Shown: positions 9,126 through 18,697, counted from the stretch's first letter. The stretch is DNA of 32,000 nucleotides from Erysipelotrichaceae bacterium (GCA_963676105.1 OY781039.1:1260001-1292000), one strand, 5' to 3'. The notes: generated by a model not told the origin, from the sequence alone. Made by a program: numbers and translations.

Positions 9126-10088
9126 CTAACCTCTTAAGTGCTTAAAATAGGATTCAAAAAACTGTTTAATCTTTTCAGGATCATGACGAACATGTTTCTC
9201 ATGTATTTGTAGAAGCGATGTTTCAATCAATTCATAATCATGGCTTTTTTCTTTAATAAAGACAGGACCTGCATTCTCAAGTTCATATCGCTTAAGGATA
9301 TGTTCAGGAATGCTGTCGTTTGCCGTAACTACAGTATCAATTTTTAGATGACCATGTTTAATCAATGCATTAATATGATCTTCTAAACTATAGTTTTCTG
9401 TTTCGCCTTGTTGAGTCATGGCATTGGCGACATAAATCTTTTGCGCATTCGTCTGATTCAATGCATCTCTTAAATCATCAATAATTAGATTACAACACAA
9501 ACTGGTATATAAAGAACCAATCCCTAAAATAATCACATCCGCTTCTTTGATCGCAATCAAAGCTTCCTTTGAAGCAGATACTTTTTCATCATAAAAAACT
9601 TCTTCGATTTTTATACGCGACTCAGGGATATTAGATTCTCCCTTTACGATGGTTCCATCTTCCATTCGCGCTAAAAGAGTAACAACCTGATGGGTCGAAG
9701 GAACAATATCACCCTTAACATTTAAGACATGGGAAATATCCATAATCGCATCCATGAAGGAACCATTTTGTTTCGTCAGTGCAGTTAAGATTAAATTACC
9801 TAAATTATGACCAGCTAATTCATTATCGACATCTTCATCATTTTCAAAACGATATCCCATTAGAGTGGATAATAAACTTTCAGATTCCGCTAAAGCAATC
9901 ATGACCGCTCGAATATCGCCCATCGCAGGAATATGATAGGTTTTTCTTAAGCGACCTGTAGAGCCACCATCATCGGCCACTGTTACAACAGCTGTGATAT
10001 GGATATCTTCAATATTCTTTAGGCCTCTTAAAATTGTTGATTGACCAGTTCCCCCTCCAATCACGACAACATTTAATTTATTCTGCAT
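9126..10088 (-). CDS. yvcK: Gluconeogenesis factor YvcK (CofD-like family)
   Basis: 320 aa with VVIGGGTGQSTILRGLK and GPGS-like motifs. Position between rapZ and whiA. Confidence 0.9.
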   Translation of the reverse strand: MQNKLNVVVIGGGTGQSTILRGLKNIEDIHITAVVTVADDGGSTGRLRKTYHIPAMGDIRAVMIALAESESLLSTLMGYRFENDEDVDNELAGHNLGNLILTALTKQNGSFMDAIMDISHVLNVKGDIVPSTHQVVTLLARMEDGTIVKGESNIPESRIKIEEVFYDEKVSASKEALIAIKEADVIILGIGSLYTSLCCNLIIDDLRDALNQTNAQKIYVANAMTQQGETENYSLEDHINALIKHGHLKIDTVVTANDSIPEHILKRYELENAGPVFIKEKSHDYELIETSLLQIHEKHVRHDPEKIKQFFESYFKHLRG

Positions 10089-10091
10089 GAC

Positions 10092-10940
10092 TTACCCCAA
10101 ATCTCTATGATCCTTGTAGACCTGATACTTCTTCCCATAAACTTCAAATAAATAATTCACAATTGATACTGAACGATGTTGACCACCGGTACAGCCAATG
10201 CCAACAGTAAAGTGATTCTTACCTTCTTTCGCATATTCTTCAAAGGCATAATCTAAGAACGATTCTAAGTTCTTAATAAATGTCTGTGTTTGTTCTTTTT
10301 CCATCACATAATCATAGACAGACTTATCATTTCCATTAAATGGTCTTAAGCTTTCATCCCAATGTGGATTTGGTAAAAAACGTACATCGAAAAGCAAGTC
10401 TGCATCGAGTGGTACTCCATTTTTGTATCCAAAAGAAATAAAAGAAATGGAGAATGTCGATTTACGATTCACTTCAATCAGTTGATTTAATCTCTGTTTA
10501 AGCTCAGTAGCTGTTAAAACAGAGGTATCTACTAAGGTGATATTTTGTTCACGAATATTTTTAAAGACTTCTCTTTCCGCACTAATACCCTCTTCTAAAG
10601 TGGTGGCGGCATTGCTCAAGAGCATGGGATGCATACGACGCGAGAATTTATAACGCTTTAAAAGTTCTTGATCACTCGCATCTAATAAAACAACAGATAA
10701 ATTAAAATTCAATCCTTTTAAGTAGGTATAAAATTGTTCAAAATCTGAGATATATGTTGATAGTGCTAAATGTGAAAACCTTAAATCATTTTCTGTTTCA
10801 CAATACTCAATTAATGATGGTAGTAGTTTAAAAGGCAATTGGTCAACACAGCGATAACCCATGTCTTCTAAGACTCCCATTGCGGTTGTTTTCCCTGCCC
10901 CCGACATACCAGAAATTAAGATGATATTTGGAATATTCAT
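10092..10940 (-). CDS. rapZ: RNase adapter / nucleotide-binding protein RapZ (YvcJ)
   Basis: 282 aa with Walker A GMSGAGKT and the C-terminal GCTGGQHRSV motif. Confidence 0.9.
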   Translation of the reverse strand: MNIPNIILISGMSGAGKTTAMGVLEDMGYRCVDQLPFKLLPSLIEYCETENDLRFSHLALSTYISDFEQFYTYLKGLNFNLSVVLLDASDQELLKRYKFSRRMHPMLLSNAATTLEEGISAEREVFKNIREQNITLVDTSVLTATELKQRLNQLIEVNRKSTFSISFISFGYKNGVPLDADLLFDVRFLPNPHWDESLRPFNGNDKSVYDYVMEKEQTQTFIKNLESFLDYAFEEYAKEGKNHFTVGIGCTGGQHRSVSIVNYLFEVYGKKYQVYKDHRDLG

Positions 10941-10961
10941 AAGGTTTTACCTCTTTTTTTC

Positions 10962-10970
10962 ATTATACCA
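10962..10970 (-). promoter_or_regulatory. Candidate extended -10 promoter (TGGTATAAT) for rapZ-yvcK-whiA
   Basis: The reverse complement reads TGGTATAAT, about 21 nt upstream of the rapZ ATG, followed by a GAGGT RBS. Confidence 0.35.
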
Positions 10971-10994
10971 CGCATCCGGGTGGGTTAAATACCT

Positions 10995-11537
10995 TTAATG
11001 TGTTTCTATCGTCTTTGAACTCTCAATAATTTGATCACATTCAGCATGTCCTAAAATGATTTCACTCAAATAAGCGATAGAAAGAATTCCAATGATACTT
11101 AAACCTAAACGGATCAACATAAACTCAAGTCCCATCGAACTCGCTTCAAACATCAGAAGCGGTACTTTAGTGGTCGACCAGGCCCCAATTAAAATCAGAA
11201 CATTTCTAAATGAACTACCTTTTTTAAGCAAAGTGACTGCGATTGGAAAAGCCGCATAAAGTGGTCCTGCCGCGGCAGAGCCCATAAAGAAGGCAAGTAA
11301 AACACCTCTTAACCCACTGCCTCTTCCCATCATTTTGACCATCGTTTCTCGAGGTACCCAAACATCTAATAATCCAAGTAGTAGAAAAACAGGTGGAATA
11401 ATTTGTATCATTTCCCAAAGATTGTTTTTGGTCTCTTCAACACTTCCGTGGAAAATATCTGGGTTTATAAAATATAGAAAGCTATATAAAACAACTAAGA
11501 TGATGACGATACGATATTTTTTTAGTTTTTTCATCAT
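10995..11537 (-). CDS. Predicted permease, second half of a split DUF318/ArsP-like two-component permease
   Basis: 180 aa and polytopic. It resembles the Streptococcus mutans SMU_746c/747c-type paired permease subunits. The start overlaps the upstream partner's stop (ATGATGA). Confidence 0.5.
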   Translation of the reverse strand: MMKKLKKYRIVIILVVLYSFLYFINPDIFHGSVEETKNNLWEMIQIIPPVFLLLGLLDVWVPRETMVKMMGRGSGLRGVLLAFFMGSAAAGPLYAAFPIAVTLLKKGSSFRNVLILIGAWSTTKVPLLMFEASSMGLEFMLIRLGLSIIGILSIAYLSEIILGHAECDQIIESSKTIETH

Positions 11538-12010
11538 GATAATAACGCTCCGATCACTAAAGCGACAATCAAAGAAAAGATAAAAGCTAAGACATTTCTT
11601 AGGATACTCGCCTTCTTTCCAAAATAAGATATTTCAACGGGTAAGGTCACAATCCCCACCATCATAAGTGTTGAGATAAGTGCCGCAAGCTGCATATAAC
11701 CTGCCCCATTATTTTTTAAGGCAGCCGCTAAAGGAAACGCAACAAATCCTGGAATCAGTGAAATAGATCCTACAATAGCTGCGATAAATGTCCCAAAGTA
11801 ACCTGAGTTTTCACCCACTAAATTAGATATCTGTTCAGGGCTAAGTAGGGTTAGAGTAAAGCCTACCATCATCATGATGCCTAACATTTGAGGCAATATA
11901 TTCATGAAAGATTTCCAAGCTTTCATGAGTACTTTTTTGGTTTTTTCTTTAGATTTAATAAATGATGCGATTAAGCCTAGAATACTGGCTGCATATAAAA
12001 TTTCTGTCAT
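11534..12010 (-). CDS. Predicted permease, first half of the split two-component permease
   Basis: Polytopic. I trimmed the track's 12034 start (a TTG) to the ATG at 12010..12008 (MTEILYAAS...), which is preceded by CAGGAGA. Confidence 0.5.
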   Translation of the reverse strand: MTEILYAASILGLIASFIKSKEKTKKVLMKAWKSFMNILPQMLGIMMMVGFTLTLLSPEQISNLVGENSGYFGTFIAAIVGSISLIPGFVAFPLAAALKNNGAGYMQLAALISTLMMVGIVTLPVEISYFGKKASILRNVLAFIFSLIVALVIGALLS

Positions 12011-12020
12011 AGTTCTCCTG

Positions 12021-12050
12021 AAATAAAAAAACAATCATTTTACTGATTGT
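12021..12050 (-). terminator. Weak hairpin plus U-tract after trxB (possible terminator or attenuator)
   Basis: On the minus strand: ACAATCA-GTAAAA-TGATTGT followed by TTTTTTATTT, immediately before the permease RBS. The stem is AT-rich, so it is probably leaky. Confidence 0.35.
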
Positions 12051-12066
12051 CTTAGTATACACAAGT

Positions 12067-12984
12067 TTAATGTTCTTGTAGATAGTGAAATGCCATTTGT
12101 GCCGCAATCGCACCATCATTAACAGCTGTCACAATTTGTCTAAGTGGTTTTACCACCACATCACCTGCCCCAAATAAGCCAGGTACAGATGTTTCCATTT
12201 TCTCATTGACGATAAGATAACCTAAGTTATCACAAACATCTAAATGAGCAATGGCTTGGGTGGACGGGGTTGCGCCAATATATGGGAAGATTCCATCACA
12301 AGTTTCTAAATGTTCTTCTTTTGTATCCACATTTTGAACCTTTAAAGCTGTTACAGTTGTCTCATGTATAACTTCAATTGGGATATGTTTACGAAGCACT
12401 TTAATCTTAGGATGATGTAAGACTTCTTCTTGTGCTTTAAGATCACCTCTAAAGACATCACGACGAATCATAATTAAGACTTCTTTTGCGAATTGAGTTA
12501 AATAAACGGCTTCTTCTAATGCGGAGTTTCCACCACCAACCACAATAACGCGTTTGTCTTTATAGAAGGCTCCATCACATACCGCACAGAAACTTACACC
12601 TTTACCCATCATGGCTTCTTCACCAGGGATATTCATTTTATTTTCAACCGTTCCTGAGGCAAAGATAATAGATCGCGCTTTAATGATTTGACCATCATCG
12701 GTTTCAATGGTCTTTACTTTTCCATCATCTATTTTTGCGACATGTCCATAAATGGTTTCAATCTCCATTTCAGACACATGATTAAACATCTTCATTGCTA
12801 GATCCACACCTGAAACATGTGGTTCACCTGGCCAGTTATCAATCTCAAAGGTTTTGACTAACTTTCCACCTGGTGCACTCGCTTCAAACATGACGACATT
12901 TAATCCCGCACGCTTTGCATAAATAGCTGCGGTCATACCTGCTGGTCCTTGGCCAACAATGGCTACATCATATTGTGTGTCCAT
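12067..12984 (-). CDS. trxB: Thioredoxin-disulfide reductase
   Basis: 305 aa with FAD motif GQGPAGMTAA, redox-active CAVCDG and NADPH motif GGGNSALEEA. Confidence 0.92.
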   Translation of the reverse strand: MDTQYDVAIVGQGPAGMTAAIYAKRAGLNVVMFEASAPGGKLVKTFEIDNWPGEPHVSGVDLAMKMFNHVSEMEIETIYGHVAKIDDGKVKTIETDDGQIIKARSIIFASGTVENKMNIPGEEAMMGKGVSFCAVCDGAFYKDKRVIVVGGGNSALEEAVYLTQFAKEVLIMIRRDVFRGDLKAQEEVLHHPKIKVLRKHIPIEVIHETTVTALKVQNVDTKEEHLETCDGIFPYIGATPSTQAIAHLDVCDNLGYLIVNEKMETSVPGLFGAGDVVVKPLRQIVTAVNDGAIAAQMAFHYLQEH

Positions 12985-14417
12985 GAATGATCTCCTTGAA
13001 TAATCAATAAAATATCTCTTAAATCTGAAATCGAATTGTTCGGCTGTGTTGCCAATAATTCTTCACTTCTTTCAGGATGAAATAAATAAGCAATGGTATA
13101 GATGCCTGCACTATGAGCTGATTGCATATCGGTATGTGAATCACCAATATAAATCGCATTATCACGTGTACAACCCATCGCATTTAAAGTCGTAATCATA
13201 CCTTCTGGATCTGGTTTATGTTTTTTGACTTCATCGTAACCAATGATCACATCAAAGTATTGATCCATTTTTGACAGTTCTAAACCATAGGCGACCATCT
13301 CTTTTTTCTTAGAAGAAAAGATGCCTAATGGATAGCCTTCATCATGAAGTTGTTTCACAACTTCTAGCGCATGATCCATCACTTTTAAATGCGTTAAATG
13401 AGCTTCTTTATTATATTTACGATAGAGTTCAATACCCTCTTCTATTTGATCTTCTTTTAAATAAACCCCTAAACTTTGATGAAGAGTCGGACCGATGAAT
13501 CCGAGTTCTTGTTCCTTAGTGAGTTTTAAATCTGGAAAGAAATGGTTTAAGGCATGCTGAGCTGCATATACAATGGTTGGTTCAGTATCAAGTAAGGTTC
13601 CATCTAAGTCAAAGATAATCGCAGGTTTCTCTGTTTTAAAGAATTTTCGATAGACGCCTAATTTACCTAAAAGACCAATCACAATAAATAGAATAGATAA
13701 GACTTGAGCCATACGAAGACCCATAAACATTAAGGAGTCTGTACGCATCCCTTCAACCCAAAAACGAACTAAGCCATACCACATTAAATAGGCATAAGCA
13801 AAATCACCACGTTTATTATCACCAAAACGTTTTAGTCCAAACACAATGAGGATATACCCTAGAATATTTAAAATGCTTTCATAAAAGAAAGTTGGGGCAC
13901 GATATTCACCCATAATAAACATTGTATTTTTAATAAAGTCTGGCCAATAGGTATAAAAGCTTTCAGAGACAATGTTTCCATAAGCTTCTTGGTTCATAAA
14001 GTTTCCCCAACGACCTAAAGCCTGGGCAATTAGAATTGTTGGGACAACCGCATCTGCCATTCTTAAAAAAGAAATATGTTTGCGTTTCAAAAAGATATAG
14101 GCAAAAAGCCCTCCTAACATGAGTCCACCTTGAATGGCCATACCACCATTCCAAGTCATTAGAATTGATATAGGATCTGATAGGTAATACTCTAAATCAT
14201 AAAATAAAACATACCATAAACGAGATCCAATAATCCCAAAGATGAGTGCACCAAAGAATAAATCATCTGCCACACTTGAGTCATAACCCATTTTTTTGAT
14301 TTCTTTTGCGGAAATACTATAGGCGATAATGGCACCACTTAAGATAAAGACAGCGTACCATTTAATACTTAAAGGCCCAAGTTCTACAAATGTTCTAAAG
14401 TCTGGAAAAAAACTCAT
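12963..14417 (-). CDS. lgt: Fusion protein: prolipoprotein diacylglyceryl transferase (Lgt) N-terminal domain plus PpaX-like HAD pyrophosphatase C-terminal domain
   Basis: 484 aa. Residues about 1-260 are polytopic with the Lgt signature GRWGNFMNQEAYG. Residues about 265-484 carry HAD motifs FDLDGTLLDT, FSSKKK and K...GDSHTD. They align by eye with B. subtilis PpaX (FIGPTLH, GLELSKMDQYFDVIIGYDEVKKHKPDPEG). Confidence 0.85.
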   Translation of the reverse strand: MSFFPDFRTFVELGPLSIKWYAVFILSGAIIAYSISAKEIKKMGYDSSVADDLFFGALIFGIIGSRLWYVLFYDLEYYLSDPISILMTWNGGMAIQGGLMLGGLFAYIFLKRKHISFLRMADAVVPTILIAQALGRWGNFMNQEAYGNIVSESFYTYWPDFIKNTMFIMGEYRAPTFFYESILNILGYILIVFGLKRFGDNKRGDFAYAYLMWYGLVRFWVEGMRTDSLMFMGLRMAQVLSILFIVIGLLGKLGVYRKFFKTEKPAIIFDLDGTLLDTEPTIVYAAQHALNHFFPDLKLTKEQELGFIGPTLHQSLGVYLKEDQIEEGIELYRKYNKEAHLTHLKVMDHALEVVKQLHDEGYPLGIFSSKKKEMVAYGLELSKMDQYFDVIIGYDEVKKHKPDPEGMITTLNAMGCTRDNAIYIGDSHTDMQSAHSAGIYTIAYLFHPERSEELLATQPNNSISDLRDILLIIQGDHSWTHNMM

Positions 14418-15364
14418 TCTTCTTCTACCTCATTTTGTTTCTGGATGAAATCATAGACGCGTTGTTCAAATTCTTTTGCGGAATTAAAACCTTGTAGTCT
14501 TAAGTTAAAGTTTGCGACAGCTGATTGAATAAGAACAGAAATATTACGCCCTTCACGTACCGGGATTAAAATCTTAGGTACGGTTAATTCTAAGTAAGTT
14601 TCAAATAAATCATCTTCAATACCAACGCGTGCATATTCTTTTTCTTCATCCCATTTTTCTAAATGAACGATAAAATCTATTTCACTCTTATCTAGAATGG
14701 TTGATGAGCCAAACATCTTGGCCACATCAATAATCCCAATGCCTCGTATCTCTAACATCCCTCTGAGTAAATCAGGGGCTTGTCCAATTAAAGTGTTATG
14801 AATACGCGAAACATCTACACGATCATCCGCAACGAGTACATGTCCAGCTTTAATTAGTTCTAAAGCTGTTTCAGATTTACCCATACCACTATCACCAGTG
14901 ATTAATACACCTTTACCATAGATATTTAAAAGGACACCATGTATATTATCTACCGGCGCTAATTGTTCATCTAAGTATGCAACAATATCAACCATCAAAC
15001 GATAGGTTGGTAGATTAGAGGCAAAAACTGGGAAGTTTTTAGTATTCGCAATTTCAAGTAAAATCGCCGGTGCTTCTTGGTTTTTTGAAATGACAATTGC
15101 TGGTGTAAATGAATCTGTGATTCTTTCTAATCTTTCTTCTAATACCTCAGGACTTAAAGTCGCCATATAGGAAATTTCTTTGGTTCCCATAATCATGATT
15201 CGCTTGGGTTCTGAGTGTTCAAAATAACCCGCAAGTTCAAGACCAGGTCGATTAATATCCGGGACAATCGCCCACCGATTTAATGCTTCTTCATTTCCGG
15301 TGAGTTGAGTTAGATTAAAATAGCTCGCAAAATCAGATATCTTCGCCTTACCTCTATAATCCAT
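14414..15364 (-). CDS. hprK: HPr kinase/phosphorylase
   Basis: 316 aa with Walker A GDSGMGKSE and the LEIRGIGIIDV signature. ATGA overlap with lgt. Confidence 0.92.
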   Translation of the reverse strand: MDYRGKAKISDFASYFNLTQLTGNEEALNRWAIVPDINRPGLELAGYFEHSEPKRIMIMGTKEISYMATLSPEVLEERLERITDSFTPAIVISKNQEAPAILLEIANTKNFPVFASNLPTYRLMVDIVAYLDEQLAPVDNIHGVLLNIYGKGVLITGDSGMGKSETALELIKAGHVLVADDRVDVSRIHNTLIGQAPDLLRGMLEIRGIGIIDVAKMFGSSTILDKSEIDFIVHLEKWDEEKEYARVGIEDDLFETYLELTVPKILIPVREGRNISVLIQSAVANFNLRLQGFNSAKEFEQRVYDFIQKQNEVEEE

Positions 15365-15366
15365 GT

Positions 15367-18192
15367 CTACCTCTTTTCTAGGACGTGTTTTAAATACTGT
15401 CCTGTATAACTATTTTCATTCTTAGCGAGATCTTCGGGGCTAGCTGCTTGAATAAGCGTTCCACCTTCATCGCCACCTTCTGGACCTAAATCAATGACCC
15501 AGTCAGCGTTTTTAATAATATCTAAATTATGTTCTATTACTATAACGGTATCACCATTATCGACAATATGTTGTAAAACTTTGATTAACTTTCCAACATC
15601 ATAGGAATGTAAACCGGTGGTTGGTTCATCTAAGATAAAGACGGTTTTACCCGTTGCCTTACGTTGAAGTTCACTCGCTAGTTTTACCCGTTGAGCCTCA
15701 CCACCTGATAAAGTGGTCGCTGATTGTCCTAATTTGATGTAACCTAAACCGACATCTTCTAAGGTTTTTAAGCGATGTTTAATCTTAGGGATAGCACTGA
15801 AAAATTCAATCGCATCTTCAATGGTGAGTTCTAAAATATCGTAGATATTTTTACCTTTATAGGTAACTTCAAGTGTTTCTTGATTATAACGTTTCCCTTC
15901 ACACTCTTCACATGGGACATAAACATCTGGTAAGAAATGCATTGAGATACGCTTAACACCATCCCCTTGGCATAACTCACATCGTCCACCCTTTACATTA
16001 AAAGAGAAACGTCCTTTATCATAACCTCGAATTTTGGCTTCTGGTGTTAAGGCAAATAGATCACGAATATGATCAAAGACACCTGTATAAGTTACTGGGT
16101 TTGATCGTGGAGTACGTCCAATTGGATTTTGATCAATCTCAATGAGTTTATCAATGTGTTCTAAACCTTCAATTCTCTTATATTTCCCTGGTTTTACACG
16201 AACCTTGCCTAAATCATGGGCAATTGCTTTACCTAAGATTTCGTTAACAAGCGTTGACTTACCAGAACCCGAAACACCCGTCACTACATTAAAGGCACCC
16301 AATTTAAAATCAACGTTAATATTCTTAAGGTTGTTTTCACTTGCCCCTTTAACTTTTAGTTTTAAACCATTTCCCTTACGTCTTTTCTCAGGGATATGAT
16401 TCACTCGTTTCCCACTTAAGTATTCAGCCGTAATCGATGTTGGATGATTAATAAGTTCAGTTGGTGAACCGGTTGCGACAACTTCACCGCCATGTACACC
16501 AGCACCTGGTCCAATATCAATAATATAATCAGACTCCATCATCGTTTCTTCATCATGTTCAACCACAATCAAGGTATTACCTAAGTCGCGCATATTTTTA
16601 AGCGTTGCGATAAGTTTCGCATTATCTCTTTGGTGCAGACCAATCGATGGTTCATCTAAAACGTATAAAACGCCTGTTAAGCGAGAACCTATTTGGGTTG
16701 CCAAACGAATACGTTGTGCTTCACCACCCGATAGAGATCCCGCAATCCGATCTAAGGTTAAATAATTTAAACCGACATCTTTTAAGAAACTTAAACGCTC
16801 ATCAACTTCTTTGCGAACTAAATGAGCAATCTCTTCCTGCATTGGTTTAAGTTTTAGATCATGCATATAAGCCAATGCTTGTTTAACTGACATCGCTGTC
16901 CATTCAGAGATGTTCTTTTCTCCCACGCGAACACTTAATGCCATTTCGTTTAATCGTTTCCCAGAACATGTTGGACAGACTGAATCGGTCATAAAAGTAC
17001 CGTACCATTCACGTGCTCCTTGGGAAGTGGTTTCCATAAAACGTCGTTCAATGAGTGTTTTTACACCTTCAATATAATCATTACGACTAAAACGGTTACC
17101 CGAACGCGTTTCAATGGTGTATTTAATTGGTTCTTTTGATCCATTTAAAACGATATCTAATTGTTCTTTTGAAAATGTCGCAATCGGTTTATTTAAAGGA
17201 ATCTTATAGGCATTACATAAGGTTTCAAAGTTTTGCCACTCAATGTTTTCTGAACCTTTAATATTCTTATAATAAATAATTCCACCTTCCATAATCGATA
17301 AGCTTCGATCAGGAATAAGATAATCCACATCCACCATTTGAATAATACCTAAACCCTTACAAGTATCACAGGCACCAAGTGGTGAGTTAAATGAAAATAA
17401 TCGTGGTTGTAGATTGGGCACTGAAAAGCCACATTTAGGGCAAGAATAATTTGCGGAGAATAAGATTTCTTCATTCGGAGTAATCACTAAAGCTAAACCA
17501 TCCGCATGTTTGATCGCAATCTCTAAAGAATCATGAAGACGTGATTGACTATCCTCTCTTTTAACAATACGATCCACAATGACATCAATGTCATGTTTCT
17601 TGTTTTTATCACAATCGATTTCATCTTCCAACATCAGTACTGAGCCATCGACTCTTACACGCACAAAACCTTCTTTGCGCATTTTCTCAAAGAAGTCTTT
17701 ATGTGTTCCTTTTTTCTGACGTATAGCCGGTGCCGCAATCATCAAACGCGTTTCATTTTCTTCTTTCATGACACGATCTACCATTTGTTTAATGGTTTGG
17801 GCATGAATTGGCTCATCATGTATAGGACAATAAGGTGTGCCTACACGGGCATACATTAAACGTAAATAATCATAGATCTCTGTGACCGTTCCCACTGTTG
17901 ATCTTGGATTATTGGATGTCGTTTTTTGATCAATCGAAATACTTGGTGATAAACCTTCAATCGCATCAACATCTGGTTTTTCTGTATTTCCTAAAAATTG
18001 GCGTGCATACGCACTTAAAGATTCCACATAGCGTCTTTGTCCTTCCGCATAGATTGTGTCAAACGCGAGTGAAGTCTTTCCTGAACCTGAGAGCCCAGTC
18101 ATAATCACTAACTGATCTCTAGGGATATTAATATCAATATTTTTGAGGTTGTTTTCACGAGCCCCTTTTATTTCTATATACTCTTTTTGCAT
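15367..18192 (-). CDS. uvrA: Excinuclease ABC subunit A
   Basis: 941 aa with two ABC modules (GLSGSGKTS, GVSGSGKST, LSGGEAQR twice) and zinc-finger Cys clusters (CPKCG...CDTCKG; CELCQGDG...CEEC). Confidence 0.97.
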   Translation of the reverse strand: MQKEYIEIKGARENNLKNIDINIPRDQLVIMTGLSGSGKTSLAFDTIYAEGQRRYVESLSAYARQFLGNTEKPDVDAIEGLSPSISIDQKTTSNNPRSTVGTVTEIYDYLRLMYARVGTPYCPIHDEPIHAQTIKQMVDRVMKEENETRLMIAAPAIRQKKGTHKDFFEKMRKEGFVRVRVDGSVLMLEDEIDCDKNKKHDIDVIVDRIVKREDSQSRLHDSLEIAIKHADGLALVITPNEEILFSANYSCPKCGFSVPNLQPRLFSFNSPLGACDTCKGLGIIQMVDVDYLIPDRSLSIMEGGIIYYKNIKGSENIEWQNFETLCNAYKIPLNKPIATFSKEQLDIVLNGSKEPIKYTIETRSGNRFSRNDYIEGVKTLIERRFMETTSQGAREWYGTFMTDSVCPTCSGKRLNEMALSVRVGEKNISEWTAMSVKQALAYMHDLKLKPMQEEIAHLVRKEVDERLSFLKDVGLNYLTLDRIAGSLSGGEAQRIRLATQIGSRLTGVLYVLDEPSIGLHQRDNAKLIATLKNMRDLGNTLIVVEHDEETMMESDYIIDIGPGAGVHGGEVVATGSPTELINHPTSITAEYLSGKRVNHIPEKRRKGNGLKLKVKGASENNLKNINVDFKLGAFNVVTGVSGSGKSTLVNEILGKAIAHDLGKVRVKPGKYKRIEGLEHIDKLIEIDQNPIGRTPRSNPVTYTGVFDHIRDLFALTPEAKIRGYDKGRFSFNVKGGRCELCQGDGVKRISMHFLPDVYVPCEECEGKRYNQETLEVTYKGKNIYDILELTIEDAIEFFSAIPKIKHRLKTLEDVGLGYIKLGQSATTLSGGEAQRVKLASELQRKATGKTVFILDEPTTGLHSYDVGKLIKVLQHIVDNGDTVIVIEHNLDIIKNADWVIDLGPEGGDEGGTLIQAASPEDLAKNENSYTGQYLKHVLEKR

Positions 18193-18246
18193 CCCTTTAA
18201 TTATACACGATGCACGTCATTATGAGGTGACACATACCCAAGCTTA

Positions 18247-18275
18247 TTGACGCTTAGTCCCCTTTTTGGGATAAT
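18247..18275 (+). promoter_or_regulatory. Sigma-A-type promoter for the GtrA-like gene
   Basis: TTGACG (18247-18252), a 17-nt spacer, then GATAAT (18270-18275). A GAAGGGA RBS follows, then the ATG at 18293. Confidence 0.5.
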
Positions 18276-18292
18276 AGCGAAGGGAAAAATTT

Positions 18293-18688
18293 ATGAAAAA
18301 ACTATTTACACAAATCTTTAAATTTTTAATTGTTGGTGGCTTATCCTTTGTGATTGATATGGCACTTTATTTTGTCTTTACTCGATATCTTGGAATCATT
18401 GAGATGGTTGCGACCATTATGTCTTTTTCCATTTCACTAATCTTCAACTATTTGATGAGTATGAAGTATGTCTTTGTTGGTAAAGATGACTTAAAAAAAC
18501 ATCACGAATTTATGATCTTCGTGACGTTCTCAGTGATGGGTGCAGGTCTAAACTGGGCACTCTTCTATGTTTTATTCTATGTCGTTCATATACCAGATCT
18601 CATAACTAAAATATTGGTTGCAGGTATCGTTATGGTCTTTAACTTTATTACCCGGAAAATATTCTTAGAAAAAAAAGAAACGGTATAA
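18293..18688 (+). CDS. GtrA family membrane protein
   Basis: 131 aa with 4 TM helices. N-terminus FKFLIVGGLSFVIDMALYFVF and C-terminus NFITRKIFLEKK are typical of GtrA-like proteins. Confidence 0.75.
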   Translation: MKKLFTQIFKFLIVGGLSFVIDMALYFVFTRYLGIIEMVATIMSFSISLIFNYLMSMKYVFVGKDDLKKHHEFMIFVTFSVMGAGLNWALFYVLFYVVHIPDLITKILVAGIVMVFNFITRKIFLEKKETV

Positions 18689-18697
18689 GCAATTTCT

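Noticed and set aside
11224-11583. ORFs 11224-11418 (-) and 11335-11583 (+) overlapping the permease genes
   Set aside because: They are alternative-frame or antisense to the polytopic permease ORFs. Their Cys/Arg/Thr-rich nonsense composition and missing RBS argue against coding.
12011-12034. TTG-initiated 8-codon extension of the first permease ORF
   Set aside because: It would place the RBS-like CAGGAGA and the hairpin's U-tract inside the coding sequence. The ATG at 12010 has proper RBS spacing.
16142-18104. Three plus-strand ORFs inside uvrA (16142-16399, 16647-16850, 17898-18104)
   Set aside because: They are antisense to the conserved 941-aa uvrA. They have no motifs or start signals and are shadow ORFs.
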